A stretch of DNA of 64,000 nucleotides from the human T2T-CHM13v2.0 reference genome, Homo sapiens, in assembly GCF_009914755.1 (NCBI RefSeq), contig NC_060935.1. One strand, written 5' to 3'. The notes under the pieces are model-generated. The model was not told the origin of the DNA. It did not search any database and saw only the letters and a program-made list of their open reading frames with translations. Made by a program: the position numbers and the translations under genes. Below, piece after piece: positions 1 through 15,594 of the stretch. Positions within the stretch are counted from its first letter, which is position 1. The number at the start of each line of letters is the position of its first letter.

Positions 1-203
1 CTCCCAGGTTCAAGAGATTCTCATACCTCAGCCTCCCTAGCAGCTGGGACTACAGGCACGCACAACCACGCCCAGCTGATTTTTTGTATTTTTAGTAGAG
101 ATGGGATTTCGCCACATTGGCCAGGCTGGTCTCAAACTCCTGACCTCAGGTGATCCGCCTGCCTCGGCGTCCCAAAGTGCAGGTGTGATCACCACACCCG
201 GCC
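1..203 (-). mobile_element. Alu (partial, truncated by window edge)
   Basis: Antisense Alu consensus (ctcagcctcc...gtatttttagtagag...cccggcc). Confidence 0.93.
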
Positions 204-408
204 TACCTCTAATTTATTAACTGCAAGACTTCAGTATAAAACAAGGTATTTTTCCCTTAGGAATGAGGCCACTCCTGCTCAGCATCCCCCATCATTGTGC
301 TACCCACAGAGGGCTTTGAGTTAACTCCCACACTCCTGTTGAGCCCAGGAGGAAGTGCTGATGACTGCTGGCCAGAGCAGTTAACACCTTCCTTATCTTC
401 CTCTGCAG

Positions 409-541
409 TTCTTATTCAATCTTAAATACATCGTCATCCAACTCTCTCACGTTTGGGGATGGAGTATTGGAGAGGCGGCCTTATGAGGACCAGGGGCTCG
501 GGGAGACGACTCCTCTTACTATCATCTGCCAGCCCATGCAG
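409..541 (+). CDS. UBASH3B: UBASH3B coding exon (linker after SH3; SYSILNTSSSNSLTFGDGVLERRPYEDQGLGETTPLTIICQPMQ)
   Basis: ctctgcag| acceptor, cag|gtaagg donor, 133 nt, phase joins next exon. Confidence 0.95.
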
Positions 542-1862
542 GTAAGGCTGATTGCTAGGGTCACACCCCCAACTCTAACCAGGATTCACTGAGAACCTAT
601 TTATTAAGCATGAGGCCTTGCCCTTGCTGTCTCCAAAGCTTCCACGATCTCTTGGGAAGAAAGTACACCAAATTATAAAAGATATACAAAAATTCAAGGC
701 TAGGAAGAGTCAGATGAGCAGTACTGACAGTTACTTCCAGCATTTGAACCTAGGTTCATAAGGAACGTTGTTCCACAGAGATAGGAGGAGAGTTTATCTC
801 TAAAGTAGGAATAATGCCCATAGTTGTATCTGTTTTGTAGGTTGTTACAAAGATTAAAGAAAATAATAAAATTAGGCTCTTAGCACCATAACTGGCATAT
901 AATGAGTGCTCAGTATGTGTTAACTTTTTCAAGGAAGGTTGGAGATGGAAGGAGGCAGGGAGTCGTTGTTGAACAGTACAAATAGAGGCAAGCTGAAAGT
1001 TCAAGCATGTTGAGGATCAAGAGAGTAACCATTGTGGCTGGAGCCCAGGATTTAAATTAAGGAACAACAGGAAAAGAGATGGGAAGGATCATGCCACCGT
1101 TCCACATATTAACCACGTCAGGGCAACTAGAAGCAAATGTGAAGTGCTGGCCCGCGCTAAGGAAACTGGAAAAGCTGACTGCATCAGAAAGACGGAATGC
1201 AGAAACAGCTGTAAGGTTCCATCCAGCAGTTATAGAAGCCAAAGTCATTTGGACAAGCCTTTGACTAGATTTGCCTATGTCATCACCCAGAGGTAGCAGT
1301 TGTCTCATTTTGGGGATCATATATATAGTCAGACAGCAGAGGCTACATAGTGATTAGAATAGGAAAACAGGGTCTCATTACTGGAGCAGACCATGAGGAC
1401 CATGTGGTCTGTCCACACACTTTAGAGAAGAGGTAGACACATTTGTGATCACAGAAGTCCTCACTCCCTGAAGAAGTTGATGAATTGCCCCTTTTTGGGG
1501 GGAAGGTGCCCCACTAGATGGCTCTCTCTACATGAATGGCTAGTTTTACCTCTGAGCTGTAACTTAAAGTGGACGTCATATTTTAGTGGCCACTTTAATG
1601 GCCAAATGCTACTCCTACAAAGAGCAGCCGTAGCAACAATAATGCCCTTTTCATAACCCTTCCTATTTTATAAAGCACATGCAGTTTATCTTATTCCAGC
1701 CTCCAAATAACTTATGAGGTCTGTAGGACGAGTCTTACTGTCCTCACCAAGTCATACCTTGGCAGAACTTTGGTAGTAGAGCTCAGCTCACCTGGCACCT
1801 GGCTCCAAGACATGTCCACTTTGCCATGTGTGTCTTCACTAATAGCCTTTCTTTCTCTGCAG

Positions 1863-1983
1863 CCGCTGAGGGTCAACAGCCAGCCCGGCCCCCAGAAGCG
1901 ATGCCTTTTTGTGTGTCGGCATGGTGAGAGGATGGATGTTGTGTTTGGGAAGTACTGGCTGTCCCAGTGCTTCGATGCCAAAG
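1863..1983 (+). CDS. UBASH3B: UBASH3B coding exon with catalytic RHGE motif (PLRVNSQPGPQKRCLFVCRHGERMDVVFGKYWLSQCFDAK)
   Basis: ttctctgcag| acceptor, aag|gtgagt donor, 121 nt; RHG signature of the histidine phosphatase superfamily at 1917-1925. Confidence 0.97.
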
Positions 1984-2617
1984 GTGAGTTGGTGGTGGGC
2001 CTGCTCAGCACTGCCATACCCATAGTGGCCTCTAGGCGGCACAGTCAAGCTACAGTTATCTAGATGGAGTCATTCATAGTTTTGCGTACTATAGAAGATG
2101 TCTGTCATGTGTAAGCCCCTCCTGATTGTCTTGAGCTTTAGAGAAGAAGTAAGTGTTCTTGTCCCCATTCTATAAACTGGGATACCACGGACCAAAGAAG
2201 ACAGATGTCTTGCCCCAGGTCATATGGCAAAGTCAGCAGCAGAAACGTGCCCTGATCCTATGGCCAGAGTTCCTGCCATTAAATCTCCCTGGCTCGCTCG
2301 GTTCCATTTTCATTTGAGTAGCATTTGAAGATACAGAGGCTTGCTTAACCAGGGAATCTCACCTGCTTTAAAGTGCCTGGTTATTACCTTCACTGAGAAA
2401 CTACCTCATGTCACTTTTGTCAGTAGAATGGAAAAGTGGATTCCAAGTCACTTTATGAAACAAAATGTCAGCCTTGATATTTTCTATCAGCTCCAGAGAG
2501 CTCAGTGTGATCTCTTTGGCCAAGAAGGAATGGGGGTGGAGAGTGTCAGGATCAGTAAGGGAGTCCCAAGTAAACAAGAAATGTATGTATCCTCTGTCTA
2601 ACCTCTTTGTTTTTCAG

Positions 2618-2740
2618 GCCGCTACATACGCACCAACCTGAACATGCCTCATAGTTTACCTCAGCGGAGTGGTGGTTTCCGAGATTACGAGAAAGATGCT
2701 CCCATCACTGTGTTTGGATGCATGCAAGCAAGACTAGTGG
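2618..2740 (+). CDS. UBASH3B: UBASH3B coding exon (GRYIRTNLNMPHSLPQRSGGFRDYEKDAPITVFGCMQARLV)
   Basis: ttttcag| acceptor, tgg|gtaagt donor, 123 nt. Confidence 0.97.
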
Positions 2741-3709
2741 GTAAGTATCCTGGAGTGACTGCACTCCAGGCATTTCTTGCCTCCTCCTTCAAAACACTGG
2801 TACCATGGATATGCAAGACACTTCCTGTGGGTTTCTATAACTTTCCTACAAGTTTCCTCAATTCAAAAGGAACTTACTACACAACCATTAAGTTTAGGAC
2901 ACTGTGCTCAGCCCTGGGTTGGTTGACCAAAGTGAATGAGGTGTGGTCCTTATTGAGGAGCACGTGATCCAGTAATGGCGTGGGTTACTGTGCTCACTCT
3001 TGGATGTAGCAGACAGGTCAGCTTCTAGTTCAAGACAGCAGCATCTGCCAAACATGGCTGTGGAAGAGGACAAGAGTGAAGAAGATGGACCCTGGACTTG
3101 CTGAATTTGTAAAGGCCAACTGATCCTTTGAAGATGCCTAGCTCTTTGCAAGCCCATTCCATTACTGGCACGGGGAGATAGTATTTTCTGTTCAGTCACT
3201 TAGCAGATATTTAGTGCTCACTTACTTTGTGCAAGGTATTGGACTAGGGGAACCCAAGTGTGAGTCAGGGAAACAAACTTATGTGTGGATAAATATCATA
3301 CAATATGATATACATAGAGCTATGCACTAATGTGTATGTATTGATTGCATGCATCCAGACATAGTGATATGCATAGAGCTATGCATGGTCACAGAATATT
3401 ATGGGAACACAAAAAGACATCTAAGAGTGAAGAGGTGAGCTGAGAGCTGAAGTAGAAGTTAGCTGGGCAAAGAAGGAATAGGAGTGAGGAAATGGCATTC
3501 TCAGTGGGAGGGACCACATAAAGAGTCTTAGGCTTGAGAAACAGCCTCAGGAATGCAGGGGAAACAAAGTGTCTTGTGTCTAGAGTATAAATTGTGAGGC
3601 AAGGCAGAGATGAGGCTAGCAAGATGGATAAAGGCAAGTTCATGGAAGACCTTGGCCACCATATTAAGGTGTTTGGATTTAATCCAGTAGACAAAATAAC
3701 TGGATTCCA

Positions 3710-3875
3710 GGCCAGGCGTGATGGCTCTCACCTATAATCTAGCACTTTGAGAGGCTGAGGCAAGAGGATTGCTTGAGACCTGGAGTTCGAGGCTGCACTG
3801 AGGTATGATCACACCCCTGCACTCCAGCCTGAGTGACAGAGCAAAACCCTATCTCTAAAAATTAAATTAAGAATA
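3710..3875 (+). mobile_element. Alu monomer (FAM/FRAM-like)
   Basis: Single ~165 bp arm ggccaggcg...gcactccagcctg + A-rich tail. Confidence 0.85.
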
Positions 3876-4137
3876 ATAATAAATTTTTTAAAGAAGTGGA
3901 TTTTATGAGGATAGCATTAAAGTATGAGGTGTTGGGATTTATCTCTGGTATCTAAAAATATGACATGTTGAGATTTTGGTTAGCACAGAATAAAATTAAA
4001 ACAAGACCTAATATTCATAAAATAAATCCTCTTTCACAAACTTGAAGCCAAAGTATTGTCCTGTTTCTAAATATCTCCTAGCTAAAGCCTTTACCACTTG
4101 TTAGCACCAGAGGGAAGGGAAAGAAAAGACAAGAAGG

Positions 4138-4497
<360 letters not shown>

Positions 4498-4648
4498 CTA
4501 ACAAAGGCTGAAACTACTGGCTCTATGTGAGCCCCAGTTAGGAAAGAGGGGTTTACAGGAGCTTACTGCTTGGCCCCCTCTCACACTGCGGGTCAAGGTG
4601 AGACTGAGTAAATCCATCAGACTGATTTTTTTGTGGTTTTCTTTGCAG

Positions 4649-4741
4649 GTGAAGCCTTATTAGAGAGCAATACCATTATCGATCATGTCTATTGCTCCCC
4701 GTCCCTTCGCTGCGTTCAGACTGCACACAATATCTTGAAAG
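4649..4741 (+). CDS. UBASH3B: UBASH3B coding exon (GEALLESNTIIDHVYCSPSLRCVQTAHNILK)
   Basis: ctttgcag| acceptor, aag|gtaaga donor, 93 nt; SPxxRCxQTA motif of PGM-like phosphatases. Confidence 0.97.
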
Positions 4742-4915
4742 GTAAGACTTGCAGGTTGACAAAAACAAGTAGTCCATCCCTCTCTTTCTAGGCAGCCCCA
4801 CACATAAATTATCTTAGAGCCATGGGACATTTGCCAGTTGAAAGCTTTGAATCTGGAATGAAGCAAGGATTCTTTCAGAAGGCGATCTTTGCACAAGTCA
4901 CAAAAACATACTCTG

Positions 4916-5266
<351 letters not shown>

Positions 5267-5964
5267 TTAAAGTGCTCTTGGATGAATCCTAGGCTTGCAA
5301 AATGTTTAGAACTTACAGAGTGTGATCCTTTCTTTACACTTAATAGTCAAATAACTTTCCTGTTTTGGTCTGTTGTTTGCCTCCTGTTGACAGCAGCAAG
5401 GGTGCTCTTAGGAGCCTCAAATCTTAATCATCATTTTTTTCTTTACTTAATTAGAAAGACTTTAAAAGCACCATTGCTACCAAGATACTCAACTTTCACC
5501 CTAAAATCTGTGGAAGCGTGAGTTACAGGTATCTCCATTCTCATTTCATGGGAAGGAAAACTAAAAGCAACAGGATTAGACTGTTTACTTCTACCAAGAA
5601 ATGAATGAGCCAGAAATAAACAAGCCAACAAAGAATTTGACACTGCATCTGAGTCTTCTATCCTTTAACCTTAAGTAAACCTCTTCACTACCAGAAGGGA
5701 TTTATGTATTAAATTTGCACAGAACAACTGGACTACATGCAATATGAAGATAACTAAGCAGGGACTATTTCTAGGAAGCCAGTTACACTACAGTAAAACA
5801 GAGGACTTCTACACCGCTACTAGTAAATGTTCAGCATTAGATTTTCTGATAGAGAAAATGAATAATTTACATGATATTCAAATACGATGTTGGATACTCA
5901 GAGACTATCTGAAGTTTCTTGGTAAGGCCATCATGGAATTTGCTTTAGAAAGAGGAATTATGGG

Positions 5965-6295
<331 letters not shown>

Positions 6296-6321
6296 TTATG
6301 GTAGTCACAGAATTGAATAAA

Positions 6322-6614
6322 TTTTCTTTTTTTGAGATAGAATCTCGCTCTGTCACCAAGGCTGGAGTGCAGCTGCACAATCTTGGCTCACTACAACTTT
6401 CGCCTCCTGGGTTCAAGTGATTCTCCTGCCTCAGCCTCCTGAGTGCTGGGACCACAAGTGCACGCCTCCACACCCTGTTAATGTTTGTATTTTTGGTAGA
6501 GATGGGGTTTTACCATGTTGGCCAGGCTGTTCTCAACTCTTGGACTCAAGTAATCTGCCCTCCTCCGCCTCCCAAAGTGTTGGGATTACAGGTGTGAGCT
6601 ACCGCACCCAGCCT
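6322..6614 (-). mobile_element. Alu (older S/J)
   Basis: Antisense dimer, TSD gaataaatt. Confidence 0.93.
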
Positions 6615-6894
6615 CGAATAAATTATATGGATAATGAGCTGTGGCTTTTTTCCTGAAGTCAGATATGACTTAAAGCCAGCATACATCCTGGGGGTACGGC
6701 AGGAGTATTAAACTCATGTATTAGTAATGCACAAAAATTAAAAACCTTGTCCAAATCCACATGCTTCCATTTCTGTTTAGCTATATATAGCAGCCAGTAG
6801 GAAAGAGAATAGCTGATTTATCAGAATTTTTATAACAACTTGGCCTGAGAATCCACAGGCACTTTCTTCATCTTCACTGTATTTTACCCCTAAG

Positions 6895-7039
6895 GTTTAC
6901 AACAAGAAAATCACTTGAAGATCCGTGTAGAGCCCGGCTTATTTGAGTGGACAAAATGGGTTGCTGGGAGCACATTACCTGCATGGATACCTCCATCAGA
7001 GTTAGCTGCAGCCAACCTGAGTGTTGATACAACCTACAG
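6895..7039 (+). CDS. UBASH3B: UBASH3B coding exon (GLQQENHLKIRVEPGLFEWTKWVAGSTLPAWIPPSELAAANLSVDTTY)
   Basis: cccctaag| acceptor, cag|gtaagc donor, 145 nt, frame continuous. Confidence 0.96.
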
Positions 7040-7627
7040 GTAAGCCTCGGAAACTGCTGCTTACTGAGGCCAGTGTGGAAGTGCTTTCTGCACTAGCACT
7101 AGGCCAGGTTCAGGAAGGAGCCAGGGCTGGACATCACCTACAGGCAGTTGTCCATAGTGGTGGAAAACGAGCTATGATTTTAGAAATCAAAACTGGAGAA
7201 AAGCCAGCATTTTTTTCATATTTGGCATTAGTGTGGATTAGATTCTCCAGCCTCACCCCCGTGTTGGATTTTTCTGACTTTATTATACCTGTTTCAGTGT
7301 AATAAAACCATTTTGCATTCCAGCAATAAGCACGAGCTAATGATGATGCAGTTGAGAAGATTGGAGCGATAAGGGAGATGATGATGTCTTGTCTTACAGT
7401 TTCTACGTTTAATTTTTCAAAGCATTTTTAAATCTCTGTATTATCTTTGTTTATTATTGCTATATCCCCAGAATGTAGGTAAACCATTTTTATGTATGAG
7501 AGAGTTCAAATAACTTGCCTAAAGGTATTTATACATTTAGTGACCACACATAACAATAATAATAATAAACTTTATTCATCATTTTCCACATGTCCAGCAC
7601 CATGCAATCTGCTGTACAGTCATCTCA

Positions 7628-8125
<498 letters not shown>

Positions 8126-10738
8126 TCACAACCATTATAATGGGGAATTAAGTTCATATTTCTTAAGGCAGAGTTTGTAACAAGTGGTCAATATAAGCAG
8201 AACTTTCTTATGTGATATCTGTTGACCTTTCATTTTAAATACCTACCCAAACCACATTAAAGCAATGTGCATTTCTGGCTAAGGTAATAGACAATATATT
8301 CTTTTTCCATACTCATTTTTTCTGTTCAGCAAATAAGACCTCGGATAACCCCATTAACTAGTTATGTGCTGCTGCTGCTGCTTGTCTTAAAGGAATTAGC
8401 ATTCCTCAAAAACAAAATTAGATCAATCAACAGGATCCCCTATGAATACACTTCACATTTTGTTCTATCCCCTCTCTGGCCACTGGTTTTCTGTTCTTTG
8501 CAGGGAATTAGCAATAAATTGTTGTCCCCCATGCAGCAGCCAGCATCCCTTTGGCCTGGAAAGAGGAGGAGTTGCCACCAACATTGGTTAAGTGACTTTC
8601 ACCATTTACCACCAGCCCCACCCAGACCAATTTAGGTCAACTATGTATTTTATATTTCCTCTAGATGTGTTTTGCCATTGCCTCCCAAGCGGCCTTACAA
8701 AGGTCTCCAGAATCGTCCTACCTGAGCCTGTCAATGTACACTCAGATACACACCCCACCAGCAGTGTGAGCAGAAGGATGAATGCCAGGAGCCTGGGGAT
8801 CAGGACACAGTCCTTATTCCAGATTGCCTTTTCCTCTCCGGCAAATCAGAATTCAATTCAACCATTTTCTGTTTGGCAAGGGAGTTGGGGTAGGAGATGA
8901 AGCCTCTAATTTGAAAAATCAGTTGAGAAAGCCAAAGTTGAAGCATGTGAAAGGGACAGCCCCGGAGTTTAATTCCCTATGAAATTAATGATGCCAAATG
9001 GACAAGCCTTTGGAAGCAAGGAAGTGGTGCCCAGATGATTGAAGACATGTGGTGACAGGCAGAAAGGGAAGCCCTGAGAGCCGGGGTAGTGTGAATCAGG
9101 CAGGCTCTGCTGAAAGAGCCCTCTCACCTTGCAACAGGGGTAGGAAGAGAACAGGAGGGAGGTGGGACTGAAAGCCGAGTTAGGGAAGCTAACCAGGCTG
9201 GTGACTAATATTGAAGCATCATCCACAGGCAGCAAGACCAGCCCAGGGCCTGGGGGGGTTGAAAACAACCCCAGCCTTGAGGAGCTGGGCCAGAGGAGCA
9301 AGGCAGAAAAAACAAAATCCACACCAGCTGGGTGGGGCTTCAGAACAGAGCCCTGACTCAGAGGACAGGGGACTGGGGGAGGGTATGGATCTGGAGTGTT
9401 GGAGGGGAAACAAATCAAACTTTGGCATGAGGCTCAAAGCAGAGGCCTGTGCTTACAACCTGGACCACAGCAAGGTGGGGAGCAGAGAGTATATGGGGGA
9501 GGATACAGTTTCGGGGATGCCACCTGACTTCCAGAGCACCGTATTCCAGGTTGAGTGGGTGGGGGGAAGGCCACCTGACTCTGAGGACAGTACAGGGCCT
9601 GCAGGTGTGGCTAGCAGCATGACGTGACCTGCTGACAAGGGTGAGGAAGCTTTGACTCAGGCCAAGCCCATCAGGACTCCAGACACTGGAGTCATTCACA
9701 GGCTCCACTTTAAGGTGCTGGGAGAAGCCATAGGCAAGAACTGATCAGGACGAACCAGATCCCAGCATGTATCCCGCTCTTCACCTACATAAATCTCACA
9801 CATTACATGGTCTCACACTTGAAATGACTCCCTGGGCCATACAAAGTGGACTTTTGTCACTGTGGGCAGGGGATGGGCCTGGGAGATGAGGTGACATAAA
9901 TGGTGATGGAACTGGGTGAGAGGTGGGGATGGGGACAGAAAAAGAGGAGAAAGCTTGCTCCAGAACAATGAGGTACAGCCCCAACAAGTGGTGATTCAGG
10001 TCTCTACCTATCCCCCAGGGTGTTGTGAGACTCAGAAGGCTGTTTCCTAGGAGAAACAGGCATGCTGAGAGAATGCAGGATATGGGCAAGTTTCCTTCAA
10101 GTGGAACGGCATCCTTCCCCTGGACAGTAAGCCGGTGTGCACAGAAGGCCAGGCTTAGCAAGGGCACTGTCAGAAGCTGTGTGTAGAGGATCGGCTCACA
10201 GGCCAGACTCCAGACTCAGATTCAAATCCAGATTCTAAGAGTTGCTAACGGTGTTAGCATAGGGAAGTCAGCTGCAGCCTTTCTGAGCTTCTGTTTTGTC
10301 ATCCATAAACAGCATTTATGAAAGCATTGCTGGGAGGATTAGACCGAAGAAATGCAAGCAGGACACTCGCACAGAGCCTGACACATATGGGAACCTCAGT
10401 AAATATTTTCAGTGCTAATAGTAGTGGTAATAGCCTACTTCTGATCAAGAGGCCATGTGAATTCATTTTGAGAACTTACCACACCTCCACCAGGCACTAA
10501 ACACCCAGCAGTGAAAGACAAAATATGAAAATTGACAAAATAAGAAAATTGAAATGACATAGTTGTACCCAGAAAACAAGATAAACATCTTGTGGACCAG
10601 AAACAACATAGAAACTCTACATAGTTAAGCGGGGGTGGAGGCAGGCAGAGGCAGGCCCCAAGGGCATTGGTGACTGGGTTTGAAGACATGCAGGGGCACC
10701 GGGACAGGAAGCCTAGCTTTGATCATCCTCTTCCATGC

Positions 10739-11483
<745 letters not shown>

Positions 11484-12116
11484 CATGCCTTTGTAGATTG
11501 TATAGTAATTATCATTTACATCAATAACCTCTTCACCCCAACCACAGGCAGAGAACTTTTCCAACACAGAAATTGAGTGGTCTTCATCTTTATGCTTTGC
11601 ACTTCTCCTTGTGCCAAGTGTATGGTCTGTGTTCAAAATAAGAGAGAATTAAAGGAAAAGACTGGTGAAATTTGATAAACTCGCAAAGAATCAGATGGAC
11701 CTAATATCTGCGTTTAAAACCCATCCTTGCTGCTCTTGAAGAGAGGTCTGGGAAATCCCTGCTGATCTAAATAGGTTGAGGGTTCCATCTCTGCTTTGTT
11801 TTGTATTAGCTATGTGACTAGGACCATCCATCAATGGCTTATTTGTTATCCCGAGAGTGAAACATGCACTGAATGTCTCATTTTTCACCTGGTCACTGTA
11901 ACGCCATACACATAGCTGTTATTTCTGTACATTTCCACTCCATGTTCATATAGTAGAAATGCTGTTCCCTATACCTTTCTCCTTTCTAGGGAAATGGATA
12001 AACAAACAGATCTACGGGATCTTTAGAAATGCCTTGAAATAAAAGTTTAGAGTGATATCTTCCTTTGTCTCAAGATCAAAATGTTTTCATTTCCTTTGTT
12101 CATTTTTCTATTACAG

Positions 12117-12223
12117 ACCTCACATTCCAATCAGCAAATTAGTTGTTTCAGAATCCTATGATACTTATATCAGTAGAAGTTTCCAAGTAACAAAAGAAAT
12201 AATAAGTGAATGTAAAAGTAAAG
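12117..12223 (+). CDS. UBASH3B: UBASH3B coding exon (RPHIPISKLVVSESYDTYISRSFQVTKEIISECKSK)
   Basis: ttacag| acceptor, aag|gtaagt donor, 107 nt. Confidence 0.96.
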
Positions 12224-13256
12224 GTAAGTGGTATTATTCTGAACTCCATCTGTACATACGTGATTATTTCTCTATAATGGTTAATAGGTTATTCAAGATG
12301 TTTCAACTTGCTTTGGCTAACCAAAGAAATGTATTTCCAGATTTTCTTCCAGATACTTTTACATTAAATTTGTAATATTCTCTGAGTTCCTAAAATGGTA
12401 GATATTCCAGGGGTTTATACCAGACTTAGTTACTATTCTTAATAACTTAAATTCTGCGTTATAGCTATTCTTCTTGCACCCTGTGAAAGAGATTCCCTCT
12501 TATAATTTCCAAAAGCTCTAGCATGCCACTGTTTTGCCTATAATTGATGCAGCGGCATGCACACCTACACACAGCACACCTACACAAACACATACACCTT
12601 CCCTGCTATCACCAACCAAGAGCAGTGTTGTATAAGGCTCAAGTGTGTTTGCTATTGAATTTTCTAAACACTGAGCTCAAATATTTAATATGTAAGACTG
12701 TTCACTATCAATTTTTTAGTGAAAAAGGCATATTGCAAAAAAAGTATGGACATTCCCTTCATCTCTTTTTTTAAGTTAAAATACTTATATTCAAACAGTA
12801 GGCAGCCATGAGCAACAGTATTATGAATGATTCCCACCTTCCAGTTTTCATTGATTAGCCACTCACTACCATAAAGGTACACAACATGTTCTATCAACCA
12901 GGAAGTCTCAAGTGCTCATAGTTCTATAGTGGGAACACTTAAAACTATGTTAGAAGGAGTTGCACAGACAGCCCTATGGACACACAACAGTCCTGTATCT
13001 TGATTGTCATGGTGTTACAAAAAGCTACACATACGATAGAATTGCATGAACTGTATCGTCACATATGCACAAACGACTTCTTGCACACCTGCTAAAATCT
13101 GAATACGCTGTGTGTATTGTACCAGCGTCCATTTCCTGGGTTTGATACTGTACCATAGTTATGTAAGATGTTACCATTGGAGGGGGATGGGATGAAGGGT
13201 TCATGGGATCTTGTCGGTATGTATGTATATGTATGTAACCCTCCCATAAATCCATA

Positions 13257-13562
13257 ATTATTATTATTATTTTTGAGACAGGGTCTTGCTCCTGACACTC
13301 AGGCTGGAGCGCAGTGATGCAATCATGGCTCACTATAGCCTCAATCTCCTGGGCTCAAGTGATCCTCCCACATCAGCCTCCCAAGTAGCTGGGACTGCAG
13401 GCACAGGCCACCACACCCAGCTAATTTTTTAAAAATTTTCTATAGGGACAGGGTCTCACTATGTTGCTCAGGCTGGTCTCAAACTCCTGAACTCAAGTGG
13501 TCCTCCCTCCTCGTTCTCTCAAAATTACTGGGATTACAGGGATGAGCCACCACACCCGGCCC
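13257..13562 (-). mobile_element. AluJ-like
   Basis: Diverged antisense dimer; TSD-like cccataaatc. Confidence 0.92.
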
Positions 13563-13773
13563 CATAAATCTGTAACTATTTTAAGATAAATGTTTTCTTT
13601 AAAAAGATTAAGCTGCCTTATCAGTAACAAAGCACTTTCAAAATATTGCTTAGGCAAATTGTCTTCTTGAGTGTGTTTGCTCCCCTGCAGAGCATTTAGT
13701 TAGCTTCCAGTATTTGCAAAGTTTCCATGTCTTTATAGAAACAGTCTTCCCATACCTTGCCATTTTCCCCCAG

Positions 13774-13883
13774 GAAATAACATCCTGATTGTGGCCCACG
13801 CATCTTCCCTTGAAGCGTGTACCTGCCAACTTCAGGGCCTGTCACCTCAGAACTCCAAGGACTTCGTACAAATGGTCCGAAAG
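13774..13883 (+). CDS. UBASH3B: UBASH3B coding exon with second catalytic His (GNNILIVAHASSLEACTCQLQGLSPQNSKDFVQMVRK)
   Basis: ttttcccccag| acceptor, aag|gtaatt donor, 110 nt; ILIVAHA motif. Confidence 0.97.
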
Positions 13884-14772
13884 GTAATTCATTCTCGTAC
13901 TTTGGGGTCCGTGATGGCTAGTAGTTTGAAGTCAGTACAGTGACTGGCTGATTACCAAGTTCTTTGAAGCATGTGTTTATGCTGAGCTGGGAATATTCAT
14001 TTATTGCTTCACTCAACCAAGATGTATTGAGTGATACTCTGTGCAGGGCACTTTATTAAGCCTTGTGTTAGAAAAACAATGTATGAGAGCTAGTTCTAGC
14101 TTCTAAGAGCTAAAATGTAGGAAGCAGCTAGGAATTATAAGCAAATTGTCTGGATTTCCCTGAGGGACCTTCTCTGAATTTCCCTGAGGGAACTTGGGTT
14201 GGATCAATAGAGGTCAGTCCAAAAGACAGCATCTGAAAGCTTAACTCAAACACAGGTCCTTGAAGGTAGGCCGAGGCATGCAGCAGTTTCAAATGAGGAG
14301 GCTAAAAGGCAAAGCCAGGAACAAGACAGCAAGACAGAAAACCCATGAGGCTGACCCACACATCTGGAGTCTTCCTTTCTGTGCCTGTGGGAGAGGTTTT
14401 CTGGTCAGCTGCCTCCCACACACTTCCCTTCAGGCAAATTACATACTTCCTTTCTCTGCCGCCAGAGAACCTGGTTCAAACTCAATTGCAATCTTTTTTC
14501 ACATTTTTGAAAAGTTTATTTATGCATCTGTCCTCATTTGTAAGTGCTGGAAGACAGAGAATTTTGTCTTGTTTGTAAATGCAGCTCTGGACACAGACAA
14601 AAATAAGTTTTAAAATTGCTGTGACAACTGAAGTGAGGGAGAGCACAGCTTCAGCTTTGAATGTTGCAGAGACTCGTAAGGAGAAAAAAAAAAACGGGTG
14701 AAACAAATTTTTTCAAATTGAAAAATATTTTCCATTGGGTCCAAGTATAATTTCAGAAATGTTTGAGCTGAC

Positions 14773-15082
14773 TTTTTCTTTTCTTTTTTCTTTTTTTTTT
14801 GAGACAGAGCCTTGCTCTGTCACCCAGGCTAGAGCACAGTGGCGTAATCTCGGTTCACTTTAACCTCTGCCTCCTGGATTCAAGGGATTCTCCTGATTCA
14901 GCCTCCCACGTAGCTGGGATTACAGGCACATGCCACCACGCCCAGCTAATTTTTTGTATTTTTAGTATAGATGAGGTTTGCCATGTTGGCCAGGCTGGTC
15001 TCGAACTCTTGACCTCAAGTGACCCGCCCGCCTCGGCCTCCCAAAGTACTGGGATTACAGGCGTGAGCCACTGTGCCCGGCC
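14773..15082 (-). mobile_element. AluS
   Basis: Antisense dimer, TSD ttgagctg. Confidence 0.94.
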
Positions 15083-15456
15083 TTGAGCTGCCTTTTTACC
15101 TGGACTTGCAATTGGGAATTAACTCCTGGCATTGTAGCCTTATGTATTTTGGTCCTCTTTTTCTGCCACCCAATTAAGCAGCAATCTATGAACAATGACT
15201 TAATTACTTTAGGGGAGGTCACCATTTAATGGATCCTTCTGATGAATCCTCTTGCAATGTAAATACTCTTCTAAGTTACCAGTTTTACCCATTTTATTTT
15301 ATTTATCGATTTTTGAAGGGAATGCATTTCTACAAAGCCACTATCCATTTCTGACTGCAATTCTCTAGGGCCACATGAATATCTTTGTATTTAGGTAAAA
15401 GTTAAAGCATTAAACCTATCTCCTAATATCCCCTTTCTTTACGACTCTTACTTCAG

Positions 15457-15594
15457 ATCCCATATCTGGGATTTTGTTCCTGTGAAGAATTAGGAGAAAC
15501 TGGAATATGGCAGCTGACAGATCCACCAATCCTTCCTCTTACCCATGGACCAACTGGGGGCTTCAACTGGAGAGAGACCTTGCTTCAAGAATAA
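15457..15594 (+). CDS. UBASH3B: UBASH3B terminal coding exon (IPYLGFCSCEELGETGIWQLTDPPILPLTHGPTGGFNWRETLLQE*)
   Basis: cttcag| acceptor, 46 codons ending TAA 15592-15594. Confidence 0.97.
   Translation: MPYLGFCSCEELGETGIWQLTDPPILPLTHGPTGGFNWRETLLQE

Noticed and set aside
3306-3386. 21-bp near-duplicate and short palindrome atgcatag-ag-ctatgcat
   Set aside because: Too short, within AT-rich decayed repeat; no evidence of function
6851-6894. Upstream CAG (6856-6858) as alternative acceptor adding an in-frame TAA (poison extension)
   Set aside because: No polypyrimidine tract upstream of this CAG; the tract lies downstream of it and serves 6895
8969-9708. Cluster of overlapping 60-149 aa ORFs in a GC-richer intronic patch
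   Set aside because: Mostly non-ATG starts, no recognisable motifs or convincing splice pairing; expected from base composition
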